A stretch of DNA of 64,000 nt from Candidatus Daviesbacteria bacterium (GTDB lineage Bacteria > Patescibacteriota > Microgenomatia > Daviesbacterales > UBA10151), in the NCBI GenBank assembly GCA_028712705.1, contig JAQTPP010000003.1, forward strand, positions 64,052 to 128,051. Direction: 5' to 3'. Under the pieces are notes generated by a model that saw only the letters and a list, made by a program, of their open reading frames with translations, was not told the DNA's origin and made no database searches. The translations under genes were made by a program, and so were the position numbers. Below are positions 46,101 to 54,533 of this stretch, piece by piece (the first letter of the stretch is position 1; the number at the start of each line of letters is the position of its first letter).

Positions 46101-48927
46101 TTTCTTTGGAACGAGTGAAGGTACATTCAGGGTAAGAAGCATGTTTGTCGGATACGATGATTATAACGACCAATTTTACGTCTATTTTCCGATGCCATAC
46201 GGGTCAAGTGCGGTCATAAAATTAACAAATAGCAGCGGGATTGATATCACCGCAGTTTCTTATGCAGCAGATTATAAAACTAGTGTTTACGAAAATGTCG
46301 GTAAAGAGGCAGTTTATTTTAAGGCTAATTATGTGAGTGATACGCCGGCCACAGGCCAGAATTTGATTGCTTTGGACACAAGCGGGAGAGGCAGAATAGT
46401 CGGATTCCTAAATGACCAGGGCGGCCCGGCTGAAGGGATGGAGGGTAATGAAAGAGTCTACATAAACGCAAACAAAAGCCCTCAAATTGAAGGAACGGGC
46501 ACGGAAGATTTTTTTAATGCGGCTTGGGGATTTGAGGGTCTCAATTTTCTAAAACCTTTAAGCGGAAATCCGTATGGTGCTTTCGCTTCTACCCCAATTA
46601 CTATGTATACCATTATGCCGGGACACAGTTTTAATTACGAAAACGGGGTTAAGTTTGAGCTTCAGCATGGACCTACCAGCAACATTGTTATTCCCTATAA
46701 TGCCGTTACTCTTTATTATGGATCATCAATTCCGGGAATTTCCCTTACCGATACCCTGGATGTAGATAACAGCTCTTCTGAAACCTCCCACAGCTATTCA
46801 AAAACAAACCAAACCTCCAGTGGTAGCCAAACCTATACTTATCCCGGGTCTGTTACAACCAGTGTTGCAGATGACGGGAGAGTTTTGACAGGAACAAGCC
46901 AATTTACCGCGAGTATCTCAAGTACCAACTTAGGTGTTATTTTACGAAGAAGATTAGATTATGGCACTGCCAACCAGACTGCAACGGTATCTGTTGATGG
47001 TACGGATGTTGGAACTTGGTATGATGCGGGCAGTAATAGTGTTAATAAATGGAGGGATTCAAATTTTTGGATCCCTTCAACATATACGGATGGGAAAAGC
47101 AGTATTACTGTCAAGATTACCAGTACAGACGGCAATGCCTGGAATGAATATTACTATTGGGTTTATTCCATTGACAATTTACTGGAAGCTCCAACTGTTT
47201 CAGCAGTGTCCTCTTCCCCAACTTCTTCCGCTACGACAATCACTTGGGCGACTAATAAGACTGCTTCTTCTAAAATCGATTATGGTTTAACCTCATCTTA
47301 TGGCAGCAGTACTACAGAGACTGACATCTCTACTCGTGTATCAAGTCACTCTGTTTCTCTTTCAAATCTGGTTGCCTGTACGACTTATCACTATCGAGTT
47401 AGATCGGTGGATGCTGCCAGTAACGAAACAATTGATAGTGATAACACTTTTACTACAACAGGCTGTACCGGTTCGGCAAGCGTTTCCTCTCAAGCTTCGT
47501 CCAATATTACCGCTGCTTCGGGAGGATCAGTCAGTTTACTTAGTAGCGGCAAGGGACTTAGTTTAATTGTTCCCGCTTCTTTTGCCGGTTCTGATGCTAA
47601 TTTTCAGATTAAACAACTGGAAAAAACAGCAGCTTTAGCCACAACCTCTGTTCCCAGTTCCGGTATATCTTCCGGAGGATACGGTTTAATCGGCAATTAT
47701 ATTTACCAGTTGGGCGCTTTAACAGATTTAGCTACTTCTTTATCCACTTTCAATCAACCCATTACCATAACTATGACTTATGGATCATCCGATGTGACAA
47801 GTATTGATGAATCTACTCTGAAGATATTCAGATGGGACGGAAGTTCCTGGCACCAACTTTCCGGCTGTAGTGTTGATACATCAGCTAAAACAGTTAGCTG
47901 TAGTACTTCCAACTTTTCTACTTTTGGATTGTTTGGCCAGACTACCACTCAGGCTCCAGCGCCTGCCTCAGCACCGTCTTGTAATGATATTACTCCAACG
48001 GGTATCCCTAATCTTTTCCAAATTTCAACCACCGGCAGTAGCGCCAAACTGACATTTACCACCTTTTCCTCCGGAGTAACTGGCTACAATATCTTTTATG
48101 GCTATACTTTGGGAGACGAGAGATTTAGTAGTAATGTTGATTACACAGGATCACTTTGGGTGCTAGATACCACTATCAATAACCTTGCCCCGAATACCAC
48201 CTATTACTTTAAGGTGAGGGCGAAAAATGGTTGTACTGCCGGTAGTTGGTCCAGTAGCCTTTCCGCCAAAACTCTCAATCCGGTGGAGTTTTCTAAATTA
48301 GAAATTGTTTCTTCTGAGCTGACACCCCAGACCAAAACAGAAGAAAGCTTAGACAACTGTTCTACATACACCGTACAGTCTGGTGATACGCTTTGGTCGA
48401 TAGCATCTCGACTTTTAGGAGATGGTAGTAAATACAAAAATCTTATTAATCAAAACAATGATAAATATCCCTCACTGGAAAACTCGAATAATTTAAAAGT
48501 AGGATGGGAGTTGAAAGTAAATTGTGAGAAACAGGAAGAAACAGGAGAAACCCAAAAACAAAGTGGCTATGATGTAAAAGTTAAAATTATGGACACTAAC
48601 AAAAAACCTGTTGAAGGAGCAACAGTTACCCTGCACTCCACACCCCAAACAACTAAAACAGATAAAGATGGTACTGCTCTATTTCATAATGTGGAACAGG
48701 GAGACCATAAAGTATTAATTGCCTACAGTGGTTTTCAGGGAGAACAATCCATAAATCTGACAGGAGATGTTAAAGAGTTTGATCTGAATGTGACTGTCAA
48801 ACCTCAAAGTGTGCTTTTATCGCCGATAGTAATAGGAATTGTTTCTGCTATGGCAGTAGTGATTGTAGTTCTAGGTTTTCTTTTAATGAGATCCAAAAAC
48901 ACAATAAAAAATATAAGCAAGATTTAA
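43153..48927 (+). CDS. giant multidomain cell-surface protein (DUF2341-like, discoidin-like, DUF2961-like, FN3, LysM, C-terminal TM anchor)
   Basis: 1928-aa ORF; ATG at 43153 (the ORF track uses TTG at 43141). N-terminal hydrophobic signal. SWWNTSYQYRQNI...DGKDLRLV (DUF2341-like), YELEVF (discoidin-like), GTEDFFNAAWGF, two FN3-like modules, LysM (YTVQSGDTLWSIAS), C-terminal TM LLSPIVIGIVSAMAVVIVVLGFLLM. Confidence 0.8.
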   Translation: MLCLLCHMLTKTRQDKTRQDNYDFLNFSVVKFYLKFFLIAIFLVGTFLIPMKVLAVSWWNTSYQYRQNIKITSSNAIIPQNGTLTTTIDTQSLINAGKLRGDGKDLRLVYYNGSTNSEIDYTINFPSTRLLNNIGSSDTAVYIDDGDALPASGKVQIDDEIISYTGVSQTAVATPSSNNAGNIGPVTNINDGDITTANNNIGDFVPAGWYELDFPGQVTFNEVRFKEASWADGWIESSVVQYWDGDSWESVGNATLTPTPPAAWGDKNLSWYKSSFDSVTSTKMRLSVTQGGAALFSGLYELEVFNSPSATNLARQIWQLTGVSRGADSTTAASHTSLAQVRKALISSTTTEIVFKVQSRIETDKSDSGYYLYYGHSDENTSPATNSSNVYLFADEFTSSSLNASLTLANTTGLAVTENNAHSSYYHINLPYGYVFDYITGTNNSVTLYHPSPFLDWTIETSLDTFGNFAKHAGIAVSFGKTVWDTYLYGVWCGYLDEVLGSACRIRVDNANSTLNLLSTSFTGAYGIAGHVQLKVRKISDTYYFDYRLNNSSDFTNLGSLKTCCSTNDYGIDPVNIGLFSKDWVDTKQLDDSYFDYLRVATNTPSANYSVNFGTERTQATTGSVSTGNSSLTTTNPIIVPGHDTLSPITLTLRDSYGDPISGKQITFTSSRSGDSFSASSGTTDVNGQLTTNLTASTTAGTSNITATDSDGNAVTATSLITVQSIEPIGFDLYNNLYRLPYLDPNLQTLQTSSVDLNQLNADGGPAVGVSKFLYKDSNDEYVILDEKGPGILYRFWMTKDAGLEADLGNIRFYLDGSATPALDTNVNTLFGGSYQNLAFPIVSNRWNAAGGFHSFLPITFASSLKITTTNNTNYYYNITYQKLPSNASLTSYTTSDSNTKLLNLFNSAGLDPKSTSGNTTLTGSTALADGNTATIVNLSGNGSIQSLKLTFNPKTKTVLNGTYLQMYWDGESTPSVNVPIGYFFGTSEGTFRVRSMFVGYDDYNDQFYVYFPMPYGSSAVIKLTNSSGIDITAVSYAADYKTSVYENVGKEAVYFKANYVSDTPATGQNLIALDTSGRGRIVGFLNDQGGPAEGMEGNERVYINANKSPQIEGTGTEDFFNAAWGFEGLNFLKPLSGNPYGAFASTPITMYTIMPGHSFNYENGVKFELQHGPTSNIVIPYNAVTLYYGSSIPGISLTDTLDVDNSSSETSHSYSKTNQTSSGSQTYTYPGSVTTSVADDGRVLTGTSQFTASISSTNLGVILRRRLDYGTANQTATVSVDGTDVGTWYDAGSNSVNKWRDSNFWIPSTYTDGKSSITVKITSTDGNAWNEYYYWVYSIDNLLEAPTVSAVSSSPTSSATTITWATNKTASSKIDYGLTSSYGSSTTETDISTRVSSHSVSLSNLVACTTYHYRVRSVDAASNETIDSDNTFTTTGCTGSASVSSQASSNITAASGGSVSLLSSGKGLSLIVPASFAGSDANFQIKQLEKTAALATTSVPSSGISSGGYGLIGNYIYQLGALTDLATSLSTFNQPITITMTYGSSDVTSIDESTLKIFRWDGSSWHQLSGCSVDTSAKTVSCSTSNFSTFGLFGQTTTQAPAPASAPSCNDITPTGIPNLFQISTTGSSAKLTFTTFSSGVTGYNIFYGYTLGDERFSSNVDYTGSLWVLDTTINNLAPNTTYYFKVRAKNGCTAGSWSSSLSAKTLNPVEFSKLEIVSSELTPQTKTEESLDNCSTYTVQSGDTLWSIASRLLGDGSKYKNLINQNNDKYPSLENSNNLKVGWELKVNCEKQEETGETQKQSGYDVKVKIMDTNKKPVEGATVTLHSTPQTTKTDKDGTALFHNVEQGDHKVLIAYSGFQGEQSINLTGDVKEFDLNVTVKPQSVLLSPIVIGIVSAMAVVIVVLGFLLMRSKNTIKNISKI
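43182..43214 (+). repeat. pentanucleotide microsatellite (CAAGA) x 6.6 inside the 5' coding region of the giant gene
   Basis: Exact tandem repeat, translated as TKTRQDKTRQDN. It lies between the start codon and the signal-peptide hydrophobic core. Confidence 0.9.
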
Positions 48928-49024
48928 GTTTCTTGTCTTTTCCGTTACGCCAGAGGCGGGACTATAAATAATAAAAATCGCGCGCTCTTAAAAAAAATAG
49001 ATGTATTGCTTTTAGCAAAAAATA

Positions 49025-49100
49025 CCAGAGCAAGGCCGAAGGCCGAGCGGACAATGAAGTCCCGCCAAGCGAAGCGCGGCGGGGCTACCGAAGCGACTTA
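49025..49100. repeat. GC-rich hairpin element in a convergent intergenic gap (likely bidirectional terminator)
   Basis: CCCGCCaagcgaagcgcGGCGGG hairpin plus GCGAAGCG-type repeats, in AT-rich surroundings. Confidence 0.4.
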
Positions 49101-50171
49101 AAGGTTATTAGTACCAACTGCCTCCGAGATATTTTTGTAGCCGTCTTTTTTAAGAAGCTTTACTAATCCCTGGTTAATTTCGGAAATTACTTGGGGCCCC
49201 TCAAAAATCATTCCTGTTATCAGTTCTACAAGCGATGCCCCAAGTTTAATCTTTTTATAGGCGTCTTCTGCCGAAAAAACTCCTCCTGCTCCGATGATGA
49301 CATATTTCCCCCTGGTTTTTTGATGAATTTCTTGGATCTGATGATTTGATAAATCTTCTACTGCTTTTCCGCTTAATCCTCCTTTGTGATTTTTTTGCTT
49401 GGTCAGATTAGTACAAATAAACCCTGCCACTTTATGTTTTTTTACTACCTCAAGAATTCCATCAAGCTCCTGATTTGTTAAATCAGGCGGCATTTTTATA
49501 AAAATAGGCTTATCAGTCGGAATTTTATCTATTTGAAGCAGTAGTTTGTGAAGTTTTTCCGGGTCGGAAAAAGGGCTGCCGCCAAACGCATTGGGACAAC
49601 TGATATTAATGTCAAAAATCCGGCCGATACCGGTAAAATGCCGGTATGCCTTAAGATAATCCCTGATACCTGCTTCTTCTTCAATCGTATCCTGGCTATT
49701 GGTTTTACCGATACTGGTAATAACGGGGATGGTAAATTTTTCCTTTTCCAGCCTGCTTGAAATCGTTTCACAGCCGTCATTTTTGAGGCCGTAATAGACC
49801 AGCAAGCTTTTGGATTCCTTTAATCGCCAAAGGCGGGGTTTGGGATTGCCGGAACACGCCTCACCTGTGATTGTGCCGATTTCGGTAAAGCCAAATCCAA
49901 CCGAAGGTAAAATTTGTGTGAGCCTGGCATTTTTATCAAATCCTGCAGCCAACCCGACAGGGTTATTAAAATTTATCCCTAAAATTTTCTGCTCCAAAGA
50001 GGGATGGGAATAAGTAAGAAAAAAGGCGGTAATGCTTTTTGTGATTTTGCTTTTACCCAGAAGTATGCCAACCCAGGTTATAAAATCATGGATTGATTCA
50101 GGATCTATCTTGAAAAAGACTGGTTTTAACAGGTTTTGATAAAGAAAACGGATGAAATTGGTTTTTATCAT
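49098..50171 (-). CDS. pyrD: dihydroorotate dehydrogenase (quinone), class 2
   Basis: 357 aa. N-terminal membrane-association helix, GFDKNA, FGFTEIGTIT, C-terminal GAGGV...GASLVE. Confidence 0.85.
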   Translation of the reverse strand: MIKTNFIRFLYQNLLKPVFFKIDPESIHDFITWVGILLGKSKITKSITAFFLTYSHPSLEQKILGINFNNPVGLAAGFDKNARLTQILPSVGFGFTEIGTITGEACSGNPKPRLWRLKESKSLLVYYGLKNDGCETISSRLEKEKFTIPVITSIGKTNSQDTIEEEAGIRDYLKAYRHFTGIGRIFDINISCPNAFGGSPFSDPEKLHKLLLQIDKIPTDKPIFIKMPPDLTNQELDGILEVVKKHKVAGFICTNLTKQKNHKGGLSGKAVEDLSNHQIQEIHQKTRGKYVIIGAGGVFSAEDAYKKIKLGASLVELITGMIFEGPQVISEINQGLVKLLKKDGYKNISEAVGTNNL

Positions 50172-50200
50172 TATAGATTTAGATGTTATAATACTACTGT

Positions 50201-50938
50201 ATGAGAAGTCTTGCCACTTTTATCATTCCCATTCTGGCGTTTTTTGTGATTTTACTCATTTACACTAAAGCTTTTGGGCCAATCCCCTTTTCGGTAAATA
50301 GTGTAAACACAACCAAAACAGATACTTTTAATGTTTCGGGTGAAGGTGCTGCGGTTGCAAAACCGGATATGGCAATTTTGGTTGTCGGCATTCAGGCGGA
50401 GGCTAGTACAGTCAAAGCCGCGCAAGACCAGATCAACTCCATCATCAATAATGTGGCAGCTGCCATTAAAAAATTGGGCGTTGAACAAAAAGATATTCAA
50501 ACAGCAAGCTATAATATTAATCCCGCTTACGATTATACAGGCGGTTCCCAGCGCATTACCGGTTACTCGGCTTCAACTAATTTGTCAATAAAAATCCGCA
50601 GTATAGATCTTACCGGTCAAGTGATAGATTCGGCTACAGGAAACGGAGCAAATCAAATAGGAGGAATTAGTTTTGATGTAGATGATAAAAGCAAACTAGA
50701 AGATGAGGCCAGACAAAAAGCAGTGGTTGCGGCCAAAAAGAAAGCTGAAAGTGCTGCTAAAATTGCCGGATTTAAGTTGGGCAGAATAGTTAATTACTCG
50801 GAAAACTTTGACTTAAACCCTCAGCCGTTACGGATGGCAGTCGGGGCACCGGCTGAAAGTGTAAACTTAAAAACAGCAGTGGAACCCGGGTCTTCTGAGA
50901 TTAAAGTAATAGTTACCCTAAGCTACGAAATTTACTGA
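50201..50938 (+). CDS. SIMPL/DUF541 domain protein
   Basis: 245 aa. N-terminal TM; overall similarity pattern to 26-kDa periplasmic SIMPL proteins (recalled, not searched). Confidence 0.6.
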   Translation: MRSLATFIIPILAFFVILLIYTKAFGPIPFSVNSVNTTKTDTFNVSGEGAAVAKPDMAILVVGIQAEASTVKAAQDQINSIINNVAAAIKKLGVEQKDIQTASYNINPAYDYTGGSQRITGYSASTNLSIKIRSIDLTGQVIDSATGNGANQIGGISFDVDDKSKLEDEARQKAVVAAKKKAESAAKIAGFKLGRIVNYSENFDLNPQPLRMAVGAPAESVNLKTAVEPGSSEIKVIVTLSYEIY

Positions 50939-50994
50939 TATCCATTATTTTCTTGAAAAAAGCAAGTGTTTTTGAGTACAATAGAATTTACTTC

Positions 50995-51066
50995 GCGGGT
51001 GTAATTCACCGGTAGAATGCCACTTTTCCAAAGTGGACGTAAGGGGTCCGACTCCCCTCACCCGCT
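50995..51066 (+). tRNA. tRNA-Gly (anticodon TCC), unusual T-loop
   Basis: GCGGGTGTAATTCACCGGTAGAATG..., anticodon loop ttTCCaa, acceptor GCGGGTG/CACCCGC. The T-loop reads TCCGACT (C at position 55). Confidence 0.65.
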
Positions 51067-51179
51067 CTTGATCAACAAAAATTCCCATTTCGGGAGTTTT
51101 TTTGAGCATGGGTGAGTTTGGAATCGGATTCTAGTCCGAAGGACGGTCCGCCATCCCGCCATGGCGGGATGATCTGCGT

Positions 51180-51196
51180 TCTCCCCTCACCCGCTC
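51180..51196 (+). repeat. direct repeat of the tRNA-Gly(TCC) 3' end
   Basis: CTCCCCTCACCCGCTC is identical to 51052-51067 (T-arm 3' strand plus acceptor). The intervening 113 bp has a degenerate tRNA-like sequence. Confidence 0.6.
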
Positions 51197-51249
51197 ATCG
51201 CCTCGTCCTTTTGCAAAGCAAAAGAGACGGGCGTATTAAAACAGGATAA

Positions 51250-51484
51250 ATGTATACAGTCTACGTTTTACGAAGTTTCAAAGATGGCAGACTAAAGACA
51301 TTGAAAACCGAGTCAAAGAACACAATGCTGGTGAAGTAAAATCTACAAAAGGCAGAATTCCATTTGAACTTTAGTATAAAGAAGAATTTCCCGACAAATA
51401 TGAAGCTTTTAAGTGTGAACAGCATTTTAAGACTGCTTGGGGACGTAGACGATTAAGGAAAATTCTGTCAAATTTAATCCTATA
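51250..51484 (+). pseudogene. GIY-YIG nuclease (UPF0213/YhbQ-like) pseudogene
   Basis: MYTVYVLRSFKDGRL, then a frame switch restores ...KDIENRVKEHNAGEVKSTKGRIPFEL, followed by an in-frame TAG, then YKEEFPDKYEAFKCEQHFKTAWGRRRLRKIL. Confidence 0.65.
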
Positions 51485-51655
51485 ACCCTGCACCCTAACG
51501 AGAATCGAACTAATCTTATGCTCGTTATTTCCATTGTGGGTCGAACTCTTCAAAATCTCCCAACTGCGCATACCAATTGTATGTCTTTTAGTTCATCTTC
51601 CGATGCGTTAGGATAATATTTCTTTATTACTTCTAAAGGCAACATCTTAAATCAT

Positions 51656-52444
51656 TTGCTCTTGCAAGACCTAAGCCTATACCCTATAATTCCTCACATG
51701 TCAGTAGAAATACCTCGTGGAGAACCAAGAAAAGATGATCAGCCATCTGAAATAAAACTTGATGTCCGATTTAAGCCATACAAAAGAGTTCGTAATTTTT
51801 ATTGGCCCAAGAAAGGTGAGGACCCAGCTATAGTTGATGAAAGATATGATCATACATTATTGCTACGTAGGAAAGTATCTCTTTATGGAATCCTTGGTTG
51901 GATAGATATCGTAAGTGATGATCCCGAGTCTTGGGTAGAATCACTCATAAGAGGACTTCCTATAGAAAAACCGTTTGGAGAGACTCACTTTGAGGAAATT
52001 TACAGAGGGCGTGATAATATTAAGTATACAAAGAAACCTTATATACTTCGTTTTGCCTTTCATCTCCATAATCCTGCGGAGTATGCCAAACTTTTAAACA
52101 CCTATGCTGATGTAAACTTAGGTCAGGAGCGATACATGGCAGCTTGGAATTTAAGTGTTCCTAGAGTTCAAAGAATAATGCAATGCCTAGAAGATGGAAA
52201 AGAAGTAATACTTCCAGAAAAAAATCTCATAAATTTAAAAACAGAGAACGGAAATGACGGCGATATAGATGGAGACGGTAGAAATGAAGATTTTGGGCGA
52301 GCATCTTTTGTTTGGCTACCAGAAGATCTTAAAAAACTTAGGACTATTCAACTAACATTTCATAGGTTCTTCGATAAAGATGATGAAGAACCACCAACAG
52401 AACCGCCTATACCCGATAGAGAACGCCTACTTGTACGTACATAA
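51656..52444 (+). CDS. hypothetical protein
   Basis: 262-aa ORF (possible internal start MSVEIPRGE). Acidic C-terminus; no motif recognised. Confidence 0.5.
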   Translation: MLLQDLSLYPIIPHMSVEIPRGEPRKDDQPSEIKLDVRFKPYKRVRNFYWPKKGEDPAIVDERYDHTLLLRRKVSLYGILGWIDIVSDDPESWVESLIRGLPIEKPFGETHFEEIYRGRDNIKYTKKPYILRFAFHLHNPAEYAKLLNTYADVNLGQERYMAAWNLSVPRVQRIMQCLEDGKEVILPEKNLINLKTENGNDGDIDGDGRNEDFGRASFVWLPEDLKKLRTIQLTFHRFFDKDDEEPPTEPPIPDRERLLVRT

Positions 52445-52639
52445 TTTGATATGCATACTTATACAGTTTTTAGTTCTAAAATATAAACTAAATCAGGTAA
52501 TAGACCGTCAGATAGGGAATAATCTGAAGAATTCTGGCAGTCTGTGTAACAGTACGTTAGGAGCTCCATACGATTTTTATTGAGCTGGCAATATTTAGCT
52601 TCAAAAAATTGTTAAATCTTTATGTGCTAATATTTCTAT

Positions 52640-53446
52640 ATGATTAACCCAAAAGCACTCATTGAGGGTTTAACTGAAGAGTTTTCTCAAAATCCTTTAG
52701 TCCTGGCTTTTACTTTAGTAGGATCGCAAGCCAGAGAGGATAGCTATAAAGCAGCTAAATATTCCGACATGGAGGCTTACGTTATTACAAAAGATGAGGA
52801 TGCAGAAAAATTAGAGAAAGAACTGCCTGATTTAGTAAAAAAATTTGGTAAGGTTTTATTCTCCTTTAAACATCAAATTGGATTTGTTACAGTTTATGAC
52901 GATCTCTTTAGACTAGAGCTGCCGGTAATCAAGTTATCACAGCTAAAATCTTTATTTTCCCGGCCTGAAGCACAAGTAGTAAGCGTTCTAATTGACAGGA
53001 TTGAAGGTGAACTGGAAAAAGTGCTCCACAGTCGACCTGAAACCATTGATTATGCTCAAGCGTTTGCAGATAAAATAACTAATTTTTGGTATTGGCAGAT
53101 ACTTGGGGTCCAATATTTTAAAAAAGGAGAGATATACAATACGAGGGGTATCTTGAATATTCATGCCTCAGCGCTAATTAAATTATTCGAACTGTTAAAT
53201 AACCCCTTGATACTGCTTCTGGAAACAAATAAAAGAATTGAACAATCTCTCACAAAAGAGCAATTAAAACTTCTTAAAGAAGTTACCCCTGCTTATAATT
53301 CTGGACAAATTAAAAAGTCTCTTGAGAAAGTTATGGATATTTTTTCAGAAACAGCAAAAGCGATTAAAGAAAAATATGGCTATAGTTATGATGAAAATCT
53401 TGAAAGTACAGTAAGACCAAAACTCCTTGACCTCTTATCTGTGTAA
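52640..53446 (+). CDS. nucleotidyltransferase-fold protein, ANT(6)/AadK-like
   Basis: 268 aa. N-terminal LVGSQAREDSYKAAKYSDMEAYV fits the G-S...D-x-E pattern of the NTase fold and resembles streptomycin 6-adenylyltransferase N-termini. Confidence 0.5.
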   Translation: MINPKALIEGLTEEFSQNPLVLAFTLVGSQAREDSYKAAKYSDMEAYVITKDEDAEKLEKELPDLVKKFGKVLFSFKHQIGFVTVYDDLFRLELPVIKLSQLKSLFSRPEAQVVSVLIDRIEGELEKVLHSRPETIDYAQAFADKITNFWYWQILGVQYFKKGEIYNTRGILNIHASALIKLFELLNNPLILLLETNKRIEQSLTKEQLKLLKEVTPAYNSGQIKKSLEKVMDIFSETAKAIKEKYGYSYDENLESTVRPKLLDLLSV

Positions 53447-53503
53447 GATAATGTCTATTGCGGTTATACACATAAATATGTGTTACAATTAACATCTAAC
53501 ATC

Positions 53504-54040
53504 ATGGGAAATTTTAATCGCGGTAGATCAGGCAGAAACGGAGGGTTCAGGCCAAGATTTAACGACCGTGGTTCAAGTCGTGGTCCTGTTGAAATGCACC
53601 AGGCAGTTTGTGACAATTGTGGAAAAAACTGTGAAGTTCCTTTCCGGCCAACAAGCGGTAAGCCTATATTTTGCAGCAGTTGCTTTGAAAGTAATAGAGG
53701 GTCTGATTCAAGACCGACTAGTTTTGAAGAAAAAAGAATGTTTGAAGCTACCTGTGATGAGTGCGCAAACACTTGTAAGGTTCCCTTTCAACCAAGCGGT
53801 GGAAAGCCGGTCTACTGCAGTAATTGTTTTGGAGAGAAAAAAGGAGCCGGAAGCAAGGAAAATGCACAATCCCAGCCTCAGTATACAGAACAGTTTGAAC
53901 AGCTGAATAACAAACTCGATAAAATATTAATAATGTTGTCTCCAGAAGTAAAAGATCAACAACCCGAAGAACAAACTGTTAATACAGATAATACAGAGAA
54001 GAAAACAAAAGTAACTAAGAAAAAACCTCCTCTGCTATAG
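53504..54040 (+). CDS. RG-rich protein with two CxxC-x17-CxxC zinc-ribbon repeats
   Basis: MGNFNRGRSGRNGGFRPRFNDRGSSRG, then CDNCGKNCEVPFRPTSGKPIFCSSCF and CDECANTCKVPFQPSGGKPVYCSNCF. Confidence 0.6.
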   Translation: MGNFNRGRSGRNGGFRPRFNDRGSSRGPVEMHQAVCDNCGKNCEVPFRPTSGKPIFCSSCFESNRGSDSRPTSFEEKRMFEATCDECANTCKVPFQPSGGKPVYCSNCFGEKKGAGSKENAQSQPQYTEQFEQLNNKLDKILIMLSPEVKDQQPEEQTVNTDNTEKKTKVTKKKPPLL

Positions 54041-54122
54041 TTGAGAACTATCAGGTCTCTGTTGCATTAACGGATTTAACTGGACGCTTTGGGCTGTAAC
54101 GCTTCCGTCTTTTGAGAGGTTA

Positions 54123-54533
54123 TTAGAGCTGCTGGAGGTCCTGGTCTACTTGAGCAAAATCAGCATCTGCTTCTGATGACACGTCAATACTGTTTAGCTC
54201 ATCTTCTAGATTTGACTGAGGAGAAGGTGAAGGAGAAGTTTGAGTTGTAGTAGTTTGAGGAGCAGCTGTTTGTTGCCTGTTTAAGAAGAAATAGATTCCG
54301 CCTACCGCTAAAATTACTATTATTAGCCCAACCACGAACCAAACGACTATATTATTAGAATTATTTGAAGGCGCGTTTACCGGAGGGATACCGGGCATTT
54401 GAGCCTGTGGCGGTGTTTCAGGTTTTGATATCGGAGCAGAAGGTGCTACATTTGGTGTTATTGGCGCTTGAACCGGATTATTGTTTTCCACTTGTTGTTG
54501 CCTCCTTGCCTGATTTAGCCACTCTGATGGCAT
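54123..54533 (-). CDS. Pro-rich single-pass membrane protein
   Basis: N-terminal PxxP-rich region, TM helix IVVWFVVGLIIVILAVGGIYFF, acidic C-terminus. Start uncertain; the longest ORF overlaps the upstream gene by 80 nt. Confidence 0.4.
   Translation of the reverse strand: MPSEWLNQARRQQQVENNNPVQAPITPNVAPSAPISKPETPPQAQMPGIPPVNAPSNNSNNIVVWFVVGLIIVILAVGGIYFFLNRQQTAAPQTTTTQTSPSPSPQSNLEDELNSIDVSSEADADFAQVDQDLQQL

Noticed and set aside
43800-48437. Numerous short ORFs on both strands inside the giant gene
   Set aside because: Internal alternative frames of a continuous 1928-aa CDS.
49025-49100. GC-rich element as a tRNA or other RNA gene
   Set aside because: It cannot be folded into a cloverleaf and has no conserved tRNA positions. 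It is more consistent with a hairpin terminator or repeat.
53464-53906. ORFs 53464-53772 (-) and 53568-53906 (+)
   Set aside because: Overlap the zinc-ribbon CDS in other frames or strands; no support.
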